Shown here piece by piece: positions 12,676-24,847 of a DNA stretch of 64,000 nucleotides. The translations under genes were made by a program, and so were the position numbers. This DNA is from Selaginella moellendorffii (lineage: Eukaryota; Plantae; Lycopodiophyta). Numbering within the stretch: the stretch's first letter is position 1; the number at the start of each line of letters is the position of its first letter. The stretch covers positions 1-64,000 of the forward strand of contig NW_003314316.1 of NCBI RefSeq assembly GCF_000143415.4. The letters run 5' to 3'. Under the pieces are notes generated by a model. The model ran no database searches. It saw only the letters and a program-made list of their open reading frames with translations, and was not told where the DNA came from.

Positions 12676-13847
12676 TGTTGAGTAGTGAAACATGTTCTGA
12701 TTGCAGGGCAAGATTTGAGCGTCATCACATTTGGAACCATAGGACGACTACTGTCACAAGATCTGAAATCTACATAATGGCCTCACTTATTGAATCGATG
12801 AGCAAGTAAAAGATACACACCTGAATAACGGATATGAAACGATGCAAGCTTGGAGTACTGGCCAGTAGCACTATGACTGACAATCTTGTTGTATCTGGAT
12901 CAGAAAGCCCAAAGAAAAGTGTGTTGAACATTTCACAATATTTTACAATGAAAATGACAATCAATCTCGATTTGGCCGGTTGAAAGTCGGCGTGTAGTCA
13001 TGACCAAAGCCTTCCAAAGTGATGCCTTATTCAAGAATTCCTGCTTGGAAAAGCGTACTTAGTTTCAGTACTCTACTGGAAGCAATCATTGTTGGAAATG
13101 CAACAACAATCTTGAGGAACGCCCTTGCTTTCTGTGATTGGAAGTACATCAAGCTTCGCTTGTGGACGATCTCTATGTTTGTAACAAAGTGGGAGTCTTG
13201 CTATTCCTGTTCGTGCTTTCTTGTCTGTAAAGCAAGGGTCAAACCTAGAGGTGGTCAATCAAAACACCCTGTAAAAGATTGAAAAAACAAAGACTGACCT
13301 TACTGCGTCACACCAAACATCCTCAAAATTGCAGCAGGGCCAGGTTTTCCTGGCACCCACTCGCTTTCGCCAATCACATAGTCAATCTCGAGTTGCTGAA
13401 AAACTGACAAAAAATCAAGGTGGCGCTTATGCTCGTGTCCTCCAAGAACACAGTTCTCCATAACCCTAAAAACTCCATTTTCCCGCCGAAGATCACTGAA
13501 TCGTGTTGAGGCCGAGCTGCTGCTCTTGATCTGATCCAAGAACACATTGAGCGGACGATCGTTAGGGTGCATATCGCGCTACCATTCATCGTCCACGATG
13601 TCCAGCGGCAAGCCCTACCGAAGAGCCTGGCGCCAAGAATCGTGAGGGAGATCTCGCTCAATTCGATCGCGCCAATGTTTCTGTATCAGTGTCTTCTTGC
13701 TGGAAAATGTACCACATCAGCTACAAGCGCCCGGGAATTCTACGAGGCTCTGGAGTGCGGTGAGATCACCACGGTCCTACCGATCGAGAAGGTTATGGAG
13801 CTCCAGGAGAATGTAAGGCACTGCTCGATCGAGCTCCACTGCGTGGC
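12676..13847 (-). pseudogene. Mosaic copy 3: condensed POLD1 5'-COX5C block
   Basis: Direct similarity to ~1470-2585; reverse complement of ~43660-45865 with a partly different set of deletions. Confidence 0.9.
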
Positions 13848-14732
13848 AATATGGCATAAAAATACTTAGAAAATATAATATCTGGAATTTCCATTTTGTC
13901 TATATATAATGTAATTACCTTCAAACTTCTGAGCATATGCTATCTACAATTAAGCTTTATTATTGAGTTTTCTTGATGATATGGTTAATCTTATGACTTT
14001 AACTTTTAATGATCTTGGTTTATAAGATCCTTCAATTTTGTCTGATTCAACAATTTTTCAATTATAAATGGAAAAGCTACAATAAAATTAGCAAAATTTA
14101 ATCTTAATAAAAATAATTACGAATAAATTAGTAAAAAAAATAGAACTATATCATCAATGCAATTAGAAGAATTTTAGATGATCATATCATAATCACCTAT
14201 ATGTGAAGTAATTCTATTTTCTTTGGGCAATTTATATCGTCTTCAAACAGAAAAAAATATTCTTCTATTAGAATCATTCCAATCGCTCGGTCAAAATGGT
14301 GAAAGTGAAGAGCGTGTCTCCTGATAGAGCACATAAGCACACCCACGAGTTTGATGGAAATTTCATTACCTTCGGCATCTTGCCAAGAGTCGTAGAGGCA
14401 GGCGAATACAAGAGGGCGCTCGTCCTGGAAGTAGATATAATATGGTTGCTTCTTGCTTCCATCTTTCTTCCACTCGTAAAATCTGCAAAAGCGAAGTCGT
14501 GTGTGCAGTAGAAGATATGATATGCTTGTTTTGGTACCCTTCGACGCTCACGAGGCACCGTTTCGCTGGAAGAAGGAAACTTAAACTTAATTTATTTTTT
14601 TAGAATGGATCATTATCTCTAGTTTATTTTGTAATATTTCGAAAAGGAGCCAGCACCAAAAAGGAAAGAACCCTAAATTACAGCAATAATAATTCTTAAA
14701 AGATAGTGATCAGACTGAGGGAAATGAACTGA

Positions 14733-16571
14733 ATGTCTCAAGGGTGCCTGCGCCACCATCTTTCTATAACCCAATCCAAGCATCCAGATTCTTCTCAGCC
14801 AGACAGAGATACTTTTGTTTCAAACAAACTGATCGAGATGTATGGGAAATGTAAATCACCAGAGCAAGCACGCCGGATATTCGACAGCATTACTGTCAAG
14901 GACATGTTCTCATGGAATCTAATGCTGTCAGTGTATTTCAGAAATGACTGCCTTAAAGAAGGAAAAGAGCTTTTTGACAAGATGCCCGGGAGGGATTCCG
15001 TGTCATGGAACACCATGCTGGCGGCCTACAGTGACGAAGGTGATGTGGAAACCACAAAGAAGATGTTCCTCCAAATCCCTAAGCCGGATGTGGTATCATG
15101 GAACTCTCTCTTGTCGGCATATGCCCAAAGCGGGTATCTCCAATATGCGGCGTCAACTTTTGAGAGCATGCCCCAAAGGGACGTGATTTCGTGGAGCTCT
15201 TTGTTGGCGGGGTATGCACAACATGGGTCTTTGGCTAGAGCGGTCCAGATCTTTCACGAAATTCCGGAACGGAATCTCGTGGCGTGGACGGCCCTGATTT
15301 CCGTGTACGCCCAGCACGGGCATCTGGAGGAGGCAAAGCGGGTTTTCTGCGAGATGCCACAGCGCAACCTGGTGACGTGGACGTCTATGCTTGTAGCTTT
15401 CTCAGGAAACGGGCAGCTGGAGGAATGTGAGAAGATATTTCACTCCATGCCGCAGTGGGACGTGGTTTCCTGGAACTCGCTACTGTCGGCATATGCCCAG
15501 AATGGGCATCTTGGATACGCTTTGGGTATCTTTGCCACGATGCCTTTTCGGGACGTGGTGACGTGGAACGCTATGCTGAATGCTCACACTAGAGCCGGGC
15601 AAGCGGAGACAACCAAGAAAATCTTTGACTCTATGCCAGTCAGGAACCTTCTGTCGTGGAATCTGGTGCTGTCGGTGACTGCCCAGCAAGGGGATCTGGA
15701 AGATGTAAAAAATATCTTCAATGAGATGCCTCAAAAAGATCTTGTAGCTTGGAATGCTATGATATCAGCCCTGCTACAAAGGTGGCGGCTGGAGGAAGCC
15801 AAATCCTTGTTTGAGAGAATGCCGCAGCCCAACCTCGTTTCGTGGAACGCTATGCTTGCCGCTTATGCCCAACACGGGCATATCCGCGAGGCGGAGTGCA
15901 CTTATAGCCAGATGCCCGAGAGAGATTTAGTGTCCTGGACTTCGATGCTTGCTGCCTATGCTCAACACGGGCATCTCTGTCATTGTTGGGAAATATTTGG
16001 TAGCATCCCTGAGCGGGATCTTCTATGCTGGAACACGATGATCTTTGCTTACTCTCACAATGGCCATCTCCACCGAGCTAGAGCACTCTATGATCGTTTG
16101 CCCGAGTGGGATTCGGGCTCGTGGAGCTCACTCGTCGCCGCTTACGCTGAGAACAGGCACTGGGACGAGGCATTTAGTCTCTTCTTCGTTGGGAACCTTG
16201 TGGATCTGCCAGACGAGAGATGCTTGGCCGCTGTTTTGGTTGCTTGTACTCATGCAGGGACTGTTTTCTCTGCCAGGAGCTGCTTTGTTTCGATGAGTTT
16301 TGACCATGGGCAAGAGCCGACGAGGCAGCACTTGGTTTGCATGGTTGATCTCTTGGCGAGAGCTGGTTACCTCAGAGATGCGGAGGATTTGATCCAGAGC
16401 ATGCCTTATGTTCCAGACGTATTCGAGTGGACATGCCTTCTTGGTGCTTGTAGAAGTTACAAGGACTTCAAGTATGGAGCTAATGCTGCTTCTCGTGTTG
16501 TGGCACTCGAGCCTAGAAACGCGGCTGCTTATGTATTGCTTGCTAATGTAGCCTCTCCGCAAAAAAGTTAA
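14733..16571 (+). CDS. PLS-class PPR protein with E domain, no DYW
   Basis: 612-aa intronless ORF; tandem MP.RD.VSWN.ML.AYAQ.GH repeats; CMVDLLARAG...WTCLLGAC...AYVLLAN. Confidence 0.95.
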   Translation: MSQGCLRHHLSITQSKHPDSSQPDRDTFVSNKLIEMYGKCKSPEQARRIFDSITVKDMFSWNLMLSVYFRNDCLKEGKELFDKMPGRDSVSWNTMLAAYSDEGDVETTKKMFLQIPKPDVVSWNSLLSAYAQSGYLQYAASTFESMPQRDVISWSSLLAGYAQHGSLARAVQIFHEIPERNLVAWTALISVYAQHGHLEEAKRVFCEMPQRNLVTWTSMLVAFSGNGQLEECEKIFHSMPQWDVVSWNSLLSAYAQNGHLGYALGIFATMPFRDVVTWNAMLNAHTRAGQAETTKKIFDSMPVRNLLSWNLVLSVTAQQGDLEDVKNIFNEMPQKDLVAWNAMISALLQRWRLEEAKSLFERMPQPNLVSWNAMLAAYAQHGHIREAECTYSQMPERDLVSWTSMLAAYAQHGHLCHCWEIFGSIPERDLLCWNTMIFAYSHNGHLHRARALYDRLPEWDSGSWSSLVAAYAENRHWDEAFSLFFVGNLVDLPDERCLAAVLVACTHAGTVFSARSCFVSMSFDHGQEPTRQHLVCMVDLLARAGYLRDAEDLIQSMPYVPDVFEWTCLLGACRSYKDFKYGANAASRVVALEPRNAAAYVLLANVASPQKS

Positions 16572-16915
16572 ATAAGTTAACAATGTTTTCTTTTATGTTT
16601 TGTGTAGTATCACTAAACTAAACAGCTTTTAGATATTCCACTTTTTCTTACGAGCTGAGTTTTGTAAGGCTGCCAAAGCACAGCTTTTCTTGTCTGGATG
16701 TTTCAAAATTGAGTGGCCTCTACAGCTTCCATCTTTCCAGGATTAAAGCTTTCGCTTCACATAAATTTCAAGCACCATCACCACCCACCACCAGCACGAC
16801 AGGGACCTCTTTATTCCGATGTGACGAAGAAGAATTTAAGCCTGGAAAGATGATCGCTTTGCGAGACTGCGAGCTTTTTACATATTGTAGACTTGGAGAT
16901 GAGAACGATTCAGGA

Positions 16916-18492
16916 TCACGGGGATCTGTAGGAGTGGGAGTCTTGCCGGCGGAGAGGGATTTGCTCTGACATTTCTTCGTCATCTGGTCGTTTGACAGAG
17001 GGAAATCCATTGTAAATGGCTGCAAGACAAACCTGGATAAGGAAAAAAAACCAGAGATCCAGTCGTCATACCTCCCTTGAACGAAGGTAGCGCTGGAACT
17101 GGTTCGCAGTGATCCTTTGTGACGTGGAGCAAGTATGTTCCAGCGAGAATGGTGACGAAGCCGCAAAGCTCAGTGACGACTTGCGCAGGAGTTTGTCTGT
17201 CCCAGTCCTGGACAAACCAAATAAGTATAAAAAATGGTGGTTCCTTGGCGAAGTAGTAAACAGAAAGAACGAACCTTGAACATGATGACGCTAGCTACGA
17301 TTGTCAAGGAGGTAAACATGACATAGTAAATGGGAGATACAACTGCAGTATTAAAAGTATCTAACGCCTGCAAGGAAAACCTTGTATGAGCAACGGCAAA
17401 GAAACAAGGAAAGAAATGAAAATGACCGAGTTACCCTGTTCAGATAATTCATCTGTGTTATGACACAGGTCGCAAGCACCATTGCGAACACCCATGTCTG
17501 TGGATACATTAATTGATTGATACCTTCGAATGTCAGTTTGAGGGCAATCCCGAGAGCCTTGGCACTCATCACCTGATAGAATCAATCCATGAGGACCAAA
17601 GCAAACTTGTTGTCATCCAAAGCGCTTACCGACAGTGATCCCATAAACGAACAGATACCAATGTAGACCAGTATCTGCGTGTGCCCATACTGAGGTACGT
17701 AGAGGAAAATAAGAATCAACACCACGGCTACGACAGAGGTCGCATACAGCAAAAACGCTGGAGAAAGAAACAAAAAACTAATGAATCAAAGGCCTAGAAA
17801 GGAGGGAAAGATTTACCAGGCTCGCTCGCTAGATCCCAAACTTGCTTCACCGATTCAATATCACGTTCCCCAGGAGCATGCAAGACAATAGTCGTAGAAC
17901 CCACGACACAAAGAGCACAGCCGAGCATTCCCAGAACATGTAGCTTCTCCTTAAGAATGACATGCGCCAATGCTGCACTGTAAAAAAACAGCCTCAAACT
18001 GTAAGAAATCCATCTTCACGCTTTATCCTCCACTCACCTTACTATAATACTCAAAGCTCCTAAAGGCGTGACAAGTATCGCAGGAGCAAACGCATACGCT
18101 GCAAAGTTTGCAACCTCGCCAAATATCACTGCTCAAAGAAGTGAGCAAACTTTGTTATTTCGCATTTTCATCCTGGACAAACTAGCTTACTTGTGATCAT
18201 GCCTGCCCACCAAAGCGGTTCATACAGATAGGAGTAGCCCCCAACACCTACAAAAACACGAAAAAGCTGTGACTAGAGCACGACATTGCAACAAAAAAAA
18301 AAAAAAAAAAAAGAATTTAAAACCATGCCTACCAGCACGAACTCCAGATGCACCAGCTCTCTTAAGCCCTTTCTTCTTGATGATAAAACTCGCTCCAATG
18401 AAGAGGCTGGATGAGAGAGCCAACACCAGTCCCTTGTGATTATCCGTCGTGACGGCCATTGCTGGATCCTGCGCAGCAGTAGCCTGTGCCAT
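16916..18492 (-). CDS. NIPA-family magnesium transporter, multi-exon
   Basis: [57 protein letters not shown]-terminal IPLRRQDS. Confidence 0.93.
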
Positions 18493-18907
18493 CGAAAATC
18501 CGCGACCCTGCGCTACAAATCACTGATCCCTGAGCTGGGAGAAGGCCTTGCGCATCCAATCCGGCTCAAAATCTCGCAGCTGACATACATTCTCGGCGTG
18601 CGCCACACCTTCCCGAGAATTAGGTCGACCGCCTACCAGTGCTCCATTTCCCAGCGCCTCGCGGGATCGACGAATTCCTGCCGGTGGCGAGCTAGGGCTC
18701 TTGACAAGGACGTGGAAGCCGAGCGAAGATAGAGAGAAAACTTGGATCAGACCCTTTCGCTGTCCCTAAAATGTGTTCTTGCGAATATGCCCTGAGTTGA
18801 ATTATTTTAACGTTTTGAGACGCCAGTTTTGCCCTAGCTCTAGCTCGCCCAGCGATGGAGCGATCGATTGTGGCGCTGGTGGCTCGCGGCGGTGGCGTGT
18901 GACGAGA

Positions 18908-21900
18908 ATGGAGGTGTGTTTCTTGCTCTTCCTGCCCTAGGTATTGATCGATCGCGCAGGTGAGGAACGAGAAATATAGCGCTTGCTTGCGCCGGGGCAA
19001 GATTACGGTCGTGCGCCTCCAACAGGGCAAGGATCGCAAGCTCCATTGGACGTTTCCGAGCGGCGGGGGCGCCAGCGATGCCAGCTGCGTGGAGATCGCG
19101 CTTGATTTCTTGATCTATGGGACAAAGAATGGGGATATCGTGCATTATCTTCTTGAAGAAGATGCCCCGCTGCTTTCAACGACGTTTCATCACTCGCAAG
19201 GCATCAAAAGGTTGGGATTCTTGTCTTGCTGCTGAAAATGGTCTTTAGATCTTTTTTTGTCCATCTCTCTATTTTCTCTGATTCTTTTTCCTGCGTGTAG
19301 GCTGTGGGTTAATGTCATTGGGACACGAGTGATACTTGAGGACGAAATGGAGCATCTCTTTGTCTACAATCCTGTTTCGCAAGAGGTTCTTATCGTTTTC
19401 TGGTGGCTTTGACGGGATGAGTAAAACTTGCAGACATCCTTGATAAGCGAGACTGACAATCCGGACAACGTGCTGTGGGATTCCGATGATTCGAATGTAG
19501 TGGTGATTTCTAAAGGCCATGAAGACATGGTTTTTATCTATTCCAGTGCGAGTGTCTCACCGAAGCTTATGTTCGTAGGCTTGTCAACGACAAGGCCTGT
19601 TGGATTTGTTCCTTTGGCACTCCAGAACGGAGTTTTGACGAGCCAGGTAACTGCATGTTTGTTCATCGAGGTTTCTTATTCCTGAGTTGTGTAGCAGGGG
19701 AGTGCTCCTGTAGAAGAAGTAATTCTTGAAACACACAAGTGGATCAAGGTGAAGACGCCTACCAACTAATGACTTCCTGTTTTAAAAATGTCTGCAGGGG
19801 CGAGTTGAAAGCCAAGCTGAGAGAAGGATGAGATTTGATCAAAACATTGCTCTGTTCCATTTCAAGGAGGCGTGGAATGATGCGATTGTTTTAAATGAGA
19901 AAGAGGTACTGCTCTGTTGCTGAATGCTCCATGACGGTGTATGTCAGGTGTGGGACGCTTTAGCGAAACAGGCGCTGGAGCAGATGGATCTGGATTTAGC
20001 TTTAAAAGCTTGCCAGCAAGCAAAGGACGTGAAGATGCAAATGCTTTTACGTCCTTTGGAACACATTGAAGATAAATATTTATTCGCTGGTCATGTAATG
20101 ACAATATTTGGAGAGCATGATACAGCACAGGTACAGAGTGTGTCCAGCGAATTCTAGTGAGCGCGCAAATCCAATTAAACTTTGACAGGATTATTTTTTG
20201 AAATCTATACATCCGCAATCTGCAGTGGATCTACGAATGAGCCTACAACAATGGGATCGGGTAAGGAAGCCTGATCTTTGATCTCATCGTCCTTTTCTTT
20301 TAGGCGTTGCCACTAGCTGTTCAACTGGATTCGCCTTCAATCCATGATATAAAGTGGCACTATGCTAAGTGGCTTGAACGGAAAGGCGAATATCGTCAAT
20401 CAGTAATGCATTATCAAGATACTCTGAAAGTGTGCCTTCCCGACACACCTCGTTACTCTCAAGCAAAGGTGTAGTCTTTGATGATATTTTATCTCGTCCG
20501 TCAACCTGTCTTGTTCAGGCCGGCCTAGCACGGGCACTTATTCACGTTGGTGACATTTGGAAGGGAAAGCAGTTGGCAATAGAGTGCAATGATACGCGCC
20601 TTTTTGGCGAATGCGCAAAGATTCTCGAAGGCTTGAACTTATTACAGGTATTTCTTCTGCTATTATCTCCCGGTCAGTTTCACTATCTGATGTCGCTAGG
20701 ATGCTGCAGAACTATATGAGATGGGTAAACAACCTCAGAAGGCCACAAGGCTATACATTGCAGCCAGAAACTACTCAAAGGCTTGCTTGCTTTTGAGGGA
20801 GCTAGATAGCTTAATGTTTTACAACGAAGTAAGCTGAAGCAACACAAGAAGTTCACTACTTACATTGGTATGGCTAGTATGGGAGAGCTATGGAGGGGGA
20901 ACGAAAATATTCTGATGCATCAGCTGCATATGAAGCGGGAGAGGTGAGCATATTCGAATTACAGTGCATGTTTAACGCTTGCTCTTACTCGCAGGATTTT
21001 GAAAACGTAGTTCGGCTGGAATTAGGACCACTAAATAACCCCTCGAGAGCTTATTCTGTGGTGTATGAGGTAATCTTTCATCGAACTTGAGTTCTCCGAC
21101 TATAAGATTTACACAGACTAAGTCCATTTCCGGAGCATTTCTAGCTGCGAAGTTCTGCAAGGGAAATGGAGATTACGATCGAGCTATTGAATTTTTTATC
21201 ATGGCAAAAAGGTAATATATTATTCTTTGGGGGCATCTTTCTGCAGTATCAGCTTAATCCGGACAGTAGAAGGGACGAAGCTCGGGAGCTGGCTCAACTT
21301 CATGGTAAAATGGATGTATACACCGGACTCGTGGTCGATATAGCGTCAACTGAAGAACGTTTGACACTTGCCAAGTTAAGCTTCAATTTCCATGTTATTT
21401 CTGATCTGTGAACTTCCTTTATCCGATGGTCAGGTACTACGAATCCACGGGAAACTACACACAAGCTGGCTTACTGTTCGAACGTTGCAATGAAACAAAG
21501 AAAGCTCTTAACTTGTACCTTCAATGGGGTTCGCCTGAAGGAATTGATCAGGTAATGAGGATTATTTTAATGTATCAAGGTTAAAGCTCTTTGCTTCAGG
21601 CCATAGCAATGGTTGGGCGTCTTAAATCCGAGGAACTTATCTCGCAATTGTTTGATTTCCTGACGGATGCCACAAGAGCGGAAAAAACACAGAAACATTT
21701 GCAGCGCTTGCACACGGTCCTTGGGCATTACGAGCAGGCCACAAAAGCTGCCAGATTGATTGCTGACCAAGAGAGGGTGAGTAGAAGTGAGCTGTGAATA
21801 GTCATGTCTCTGATCATTGTTATCGTAAAAAAGGAAGCAGGCAATTATAGGAGCGGGCATCAACTTCTACTGGATTACTGTAGAACACTTCAAGATCACG

Positions 21901-22707
21901 GAAAGCAAGTGCCTAGTGAACTCCTTAGACAACTCATGCTTCTTCATTCCTACATTCTTGTAAAAACGTTAATCCGTCTTGAAAATCACAGGTTTGGCCC
22001 TGCTTAACTTTTTCCTTAATTCATTTGTTTCGTGATACATTGTTTGCTCTTCAGATTAAGTGCTCGCATGCTCATCCGCATAGTGAAAAACATTTCGATG
22101 TTTCCTGCTCACGTAGTTCAGATTCTCACATCGGCCGTTATCGAGTGTCAACGTTCAGGCCTGAAAAAATCCGCTTTCGATTATGCTTCCATGCTAATGA
22201 ATCCGGAGTACAGGTATTATTTGCTTTTGTTTTGGGAATCACGTGATTGACTTTCGATTCAGGCAGATGATTGCTCCTGCGTACAAACGAAAGATCGAAA
22301 AAATAGTACGCAAGCCGGAAAAGGTTGAAGACGAGGAGCCTCTGTCTCCATGCCCCGTGTGTTCGCTACCTATACCAGAAACGCAACTTGACTGTCCGGC
22401 TTGTGGAAGCAACATCCCTGTGAGTGCTGGCGTTTTGGAATTTTTGCCTCAATCCCTCTGTCTGTGCAGTTTTGTATAGTTTCTGGTCGGCATATGGTGT
22501 TGGAAGATTGGACAACATGCCCCAGCTGCAAGTTCCCCGCTCTCATGTCTGAGTTCTTAAAGGTCATATCCAAACATTATGATTCAAACACAGGTGTAGT
22601 AACTTCTTTAACTACAGATGCTGGAAGTAGAGAAGACATGTCCTATGTGCAGTCAACCCGTTGCTGAAGAGGACCTGGTGCTTGTAAATCCGGATTTGAA
22701 GAAGTGA
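18908..22707 (+). CDS. IFT144: Intraflagellar transport protein 144 / WDR19, multi-exon, apparently lacking the N-terminal propeller; start uncertain
   Basis: [56 protein letters not shown]-terminal [21 protein letters not shown] zinc ribbons. Confidence 0.9.
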
Positions 22708-22769
22708 TGCCGATGCTGGAAGCAGCATCGAGGCTAGCGCAAGATAACAGTAACGAACAGTAGCAGGAA

Positions 22770-23012
22770 GGGATGGCGATCTTAAACTTCCCAAGCAGAT
22801 GTTTGACGGGCTCCAGGATCCCAATGAAACGCTATGATCAGCGCGTACATGAAGCACGGATCTCAAAGATGCGAGAGACCTCTTTTGTCGTGCCATCACT
22901 TGGACAACGATGGTCATGAGCTGGATATATCCATCAAGCTCGTGGCCTAGCTAGCACAGGGGCCTCGAAAAGCTCCCAACTTGAAGACAAGAAGCTCTTC
23001 GTCAAGATGCCG
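22770..23012 (+). pseudogene. Condensed fragment of the PPR gene at 24848-26767
   Basis: Collinear with 25292-25646 with several small deletions. Confidence 0.85.
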
Positions 23013-23184
23013 CTCGTTTAGAAATAGTGGGGCTAAGGCGTCCCAGAAATGTGGCAATAATGCATATTATTTGCTATATTATTCGCACCACCTTTTTCTC
23101 TTTCTGTGACTCTTCATAGTGTACAAACCCACGCTCGTCAACGCATACTAAGGATTTTAAGGTATCTGAAAGTACACATATTTT

Positions 23185-24288
23185 TCATATCAACTTTGAT
23201 AAATCTTGGATATGGTTGAGTTTGTTTGATGCCGCCGCGTTGCTTCTGTTCGGGTCCGAAACGATGATGGTGCGCTTTGGGTCCAGAATCCAGGTCCCAT
23301 GAAACGTGCCCCCGGCTAGAAGGGGGTTATCCATGCCGTGGTAGCGGCTGCTCGCATAGTGGAACGCCAGATTCGCCGGGATTGCGCAGGAGAGAACATC
23401 CAGGAACTTCAAGAACTCCTTCCCATCCCGGGACGCGTTCGCGGCAAGGATGTCGTGGTAATAGATGAATTCTTCTTCCTTCTCCTGGATCATCCTGCAT
23501 GTAGCGTTCACTGCTTCCTGAAACGTCTTCACGCTCGGATCGGTGAGCAGCAGCACAGCCGGCAGGTTGTTCAACTTCTTCTGGTAGAACTCCTTGCGAA
23601 ACGAGAAGATATCGTTCACCATCCATATATGATCAAGCATAGCGTTCTGAGCACTGACGAAATCCGGGGACTCGACATCCTCATGTTCAAAGGAAGCGCC
23701 AATGAGTGTGTAGAACAGTGGCAGAATGAAGATGTTGTTCCTCCTGTAGAGCTTGTAGTCCTGCTTCAAGTCGTCACTCGAAATGCTTCTCGCCCAACCC
23801 TCGACAGTGGAAACTGTGCGCTTGAAGAGCTCCGGCTTCAACAGAGACCTCAAATCCTTCATCAGATCGTGGCAAGCTCGATACGCAACAATATCTGGAA
23901 CTTCCGTAAGCGATGCGGTTCCATTGCAGAGGCTAAGAACAGTGTCGAGATACGATGTTGAGGCGACCTCGTTGCCATCAATCGGGTCGTCCAGGAAAGC
24001 AATGGCCCAAGCAAACTTGGCCGACGCCACCATATTCTCTTTCGGAGCGTGAGCCGTGGAAAGGCATGTCACCATTGGAACCTTCCACTGGAGCAGGGAT
24101 TTCTTCTCCTCCGGACTCAAATCCCTCCTCGTGCATTTGAATGCCCACTCGTTTGCTTCCCTGGTGATTGACTTGTACTCGGGGTGCCTGTGGAAAGAGA
24201 GAGAGCATGGTACCTCCGGAAGCTCGAAACTCTCGAGAGCGAAGAGATGTTCTACCGCTGATAGCTTCTGCAAACACAGGCTCCCCAT
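23185..24288 (-). CDS. MTPSL: Microbial terpene synthase-like protein (MTPSL), intronless
   Basis: 367 aa; DDxxD (LDDPID), NSE/DTE-type NDIFSFRKE and RY (SRYHG) motifs; alpha domain only. Confidence 0.92.
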   Translation of the reverse strand: MGSLCLQKLSAVEHLFALESFELPEVPCSLSFHRHPEYKSITREANEWAFKCTRRDLSPEEKKSLLQWKVPMVTCLSTAHAPKENMVASAKFAWAIAFLDDPIDGNEVASTSYLDTVLSLCNGTASLTEVPDIVAYRACHDLMKDLRSLLKPELFKRTVSTVEGWARSISSDDLKQDYKLYRRNNIFILPLFYTLIGASFEHEDVESPDFVSAQNAMLDHIWMVNDIFSFRKEFYQKKLNNLPAVLLLTDPSVKTFQEAVNATCRMIQEKEEEFIYYHDILAANASRDGKEFLKFLDVLSCAIPANLAFHYASSRYHGMDNPLLAGGTFHGTWILDPKRTIIVSDPNRSNAAASNKLNHIQDLSKLI

Positions 24289-24847
24289 TTCTTTCTGCCA
24301 AGCACAATGGTTTCTTTCACGTCATGCTGCCCGGTTTGTCCGCTTGGATTGGAACATTAGTACTAGCATGAACCATTTGTAGCTTCTGTTGAACACGGAC
24401 TCTGTGTCAATCACAATGGCTTCGACAGGTCTTCGATTTATACTAAGTTTCACGTCAAGCTGCCCGTTTGTCCACAGCGCGATGGAATTGTAAGAGGAGA
24501 GAATCTACCAATTATTTAGTACTATTATAATCATTTGCAGCTATTCTAAATAATTCCGTAAAATCCGAGTGCACGATCACTCTCGTGTTCTTGTTTGGAG
24601 AGGTCAACCCTCTAATTATCTCAACTAGCTAGTGGAACGCTTCTAGTTTCCGCTCTTGGGGGCATTCAAACAATTGTGATATAAGGTTTTCTACAGCTTG
24701 AAGAAGAGAGCTTGAAACTTGATACATAGAAAATCGATCGACTCCTTCAGGCGAACCGCATTGCCAGAGCTGCAAGTTCGCCGCCCTATGAGGTGTTAAA
24801 GAATACATTATGACTCAATAACTTTCCTTTGTTTGATTGAAGAGGTG

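Noticed and set aside
1310-13847. Retrocopy origin of the mosaics
   Set aside because: Intron and intergenic/promoter sequence is retained, and genes of opposite orientation are copied together
14274-14558. Short ORFs upstream of the first PPR gene
   Set aside because: No recognisable motif or splice structure
23277-24382. Antisense and alternate-frame ORFs over MTPSL (similar ones over the PPRs, RCA, UGT and DUF4419)
   Set aside because: Shadow ORFs of GC-rich coding sequence
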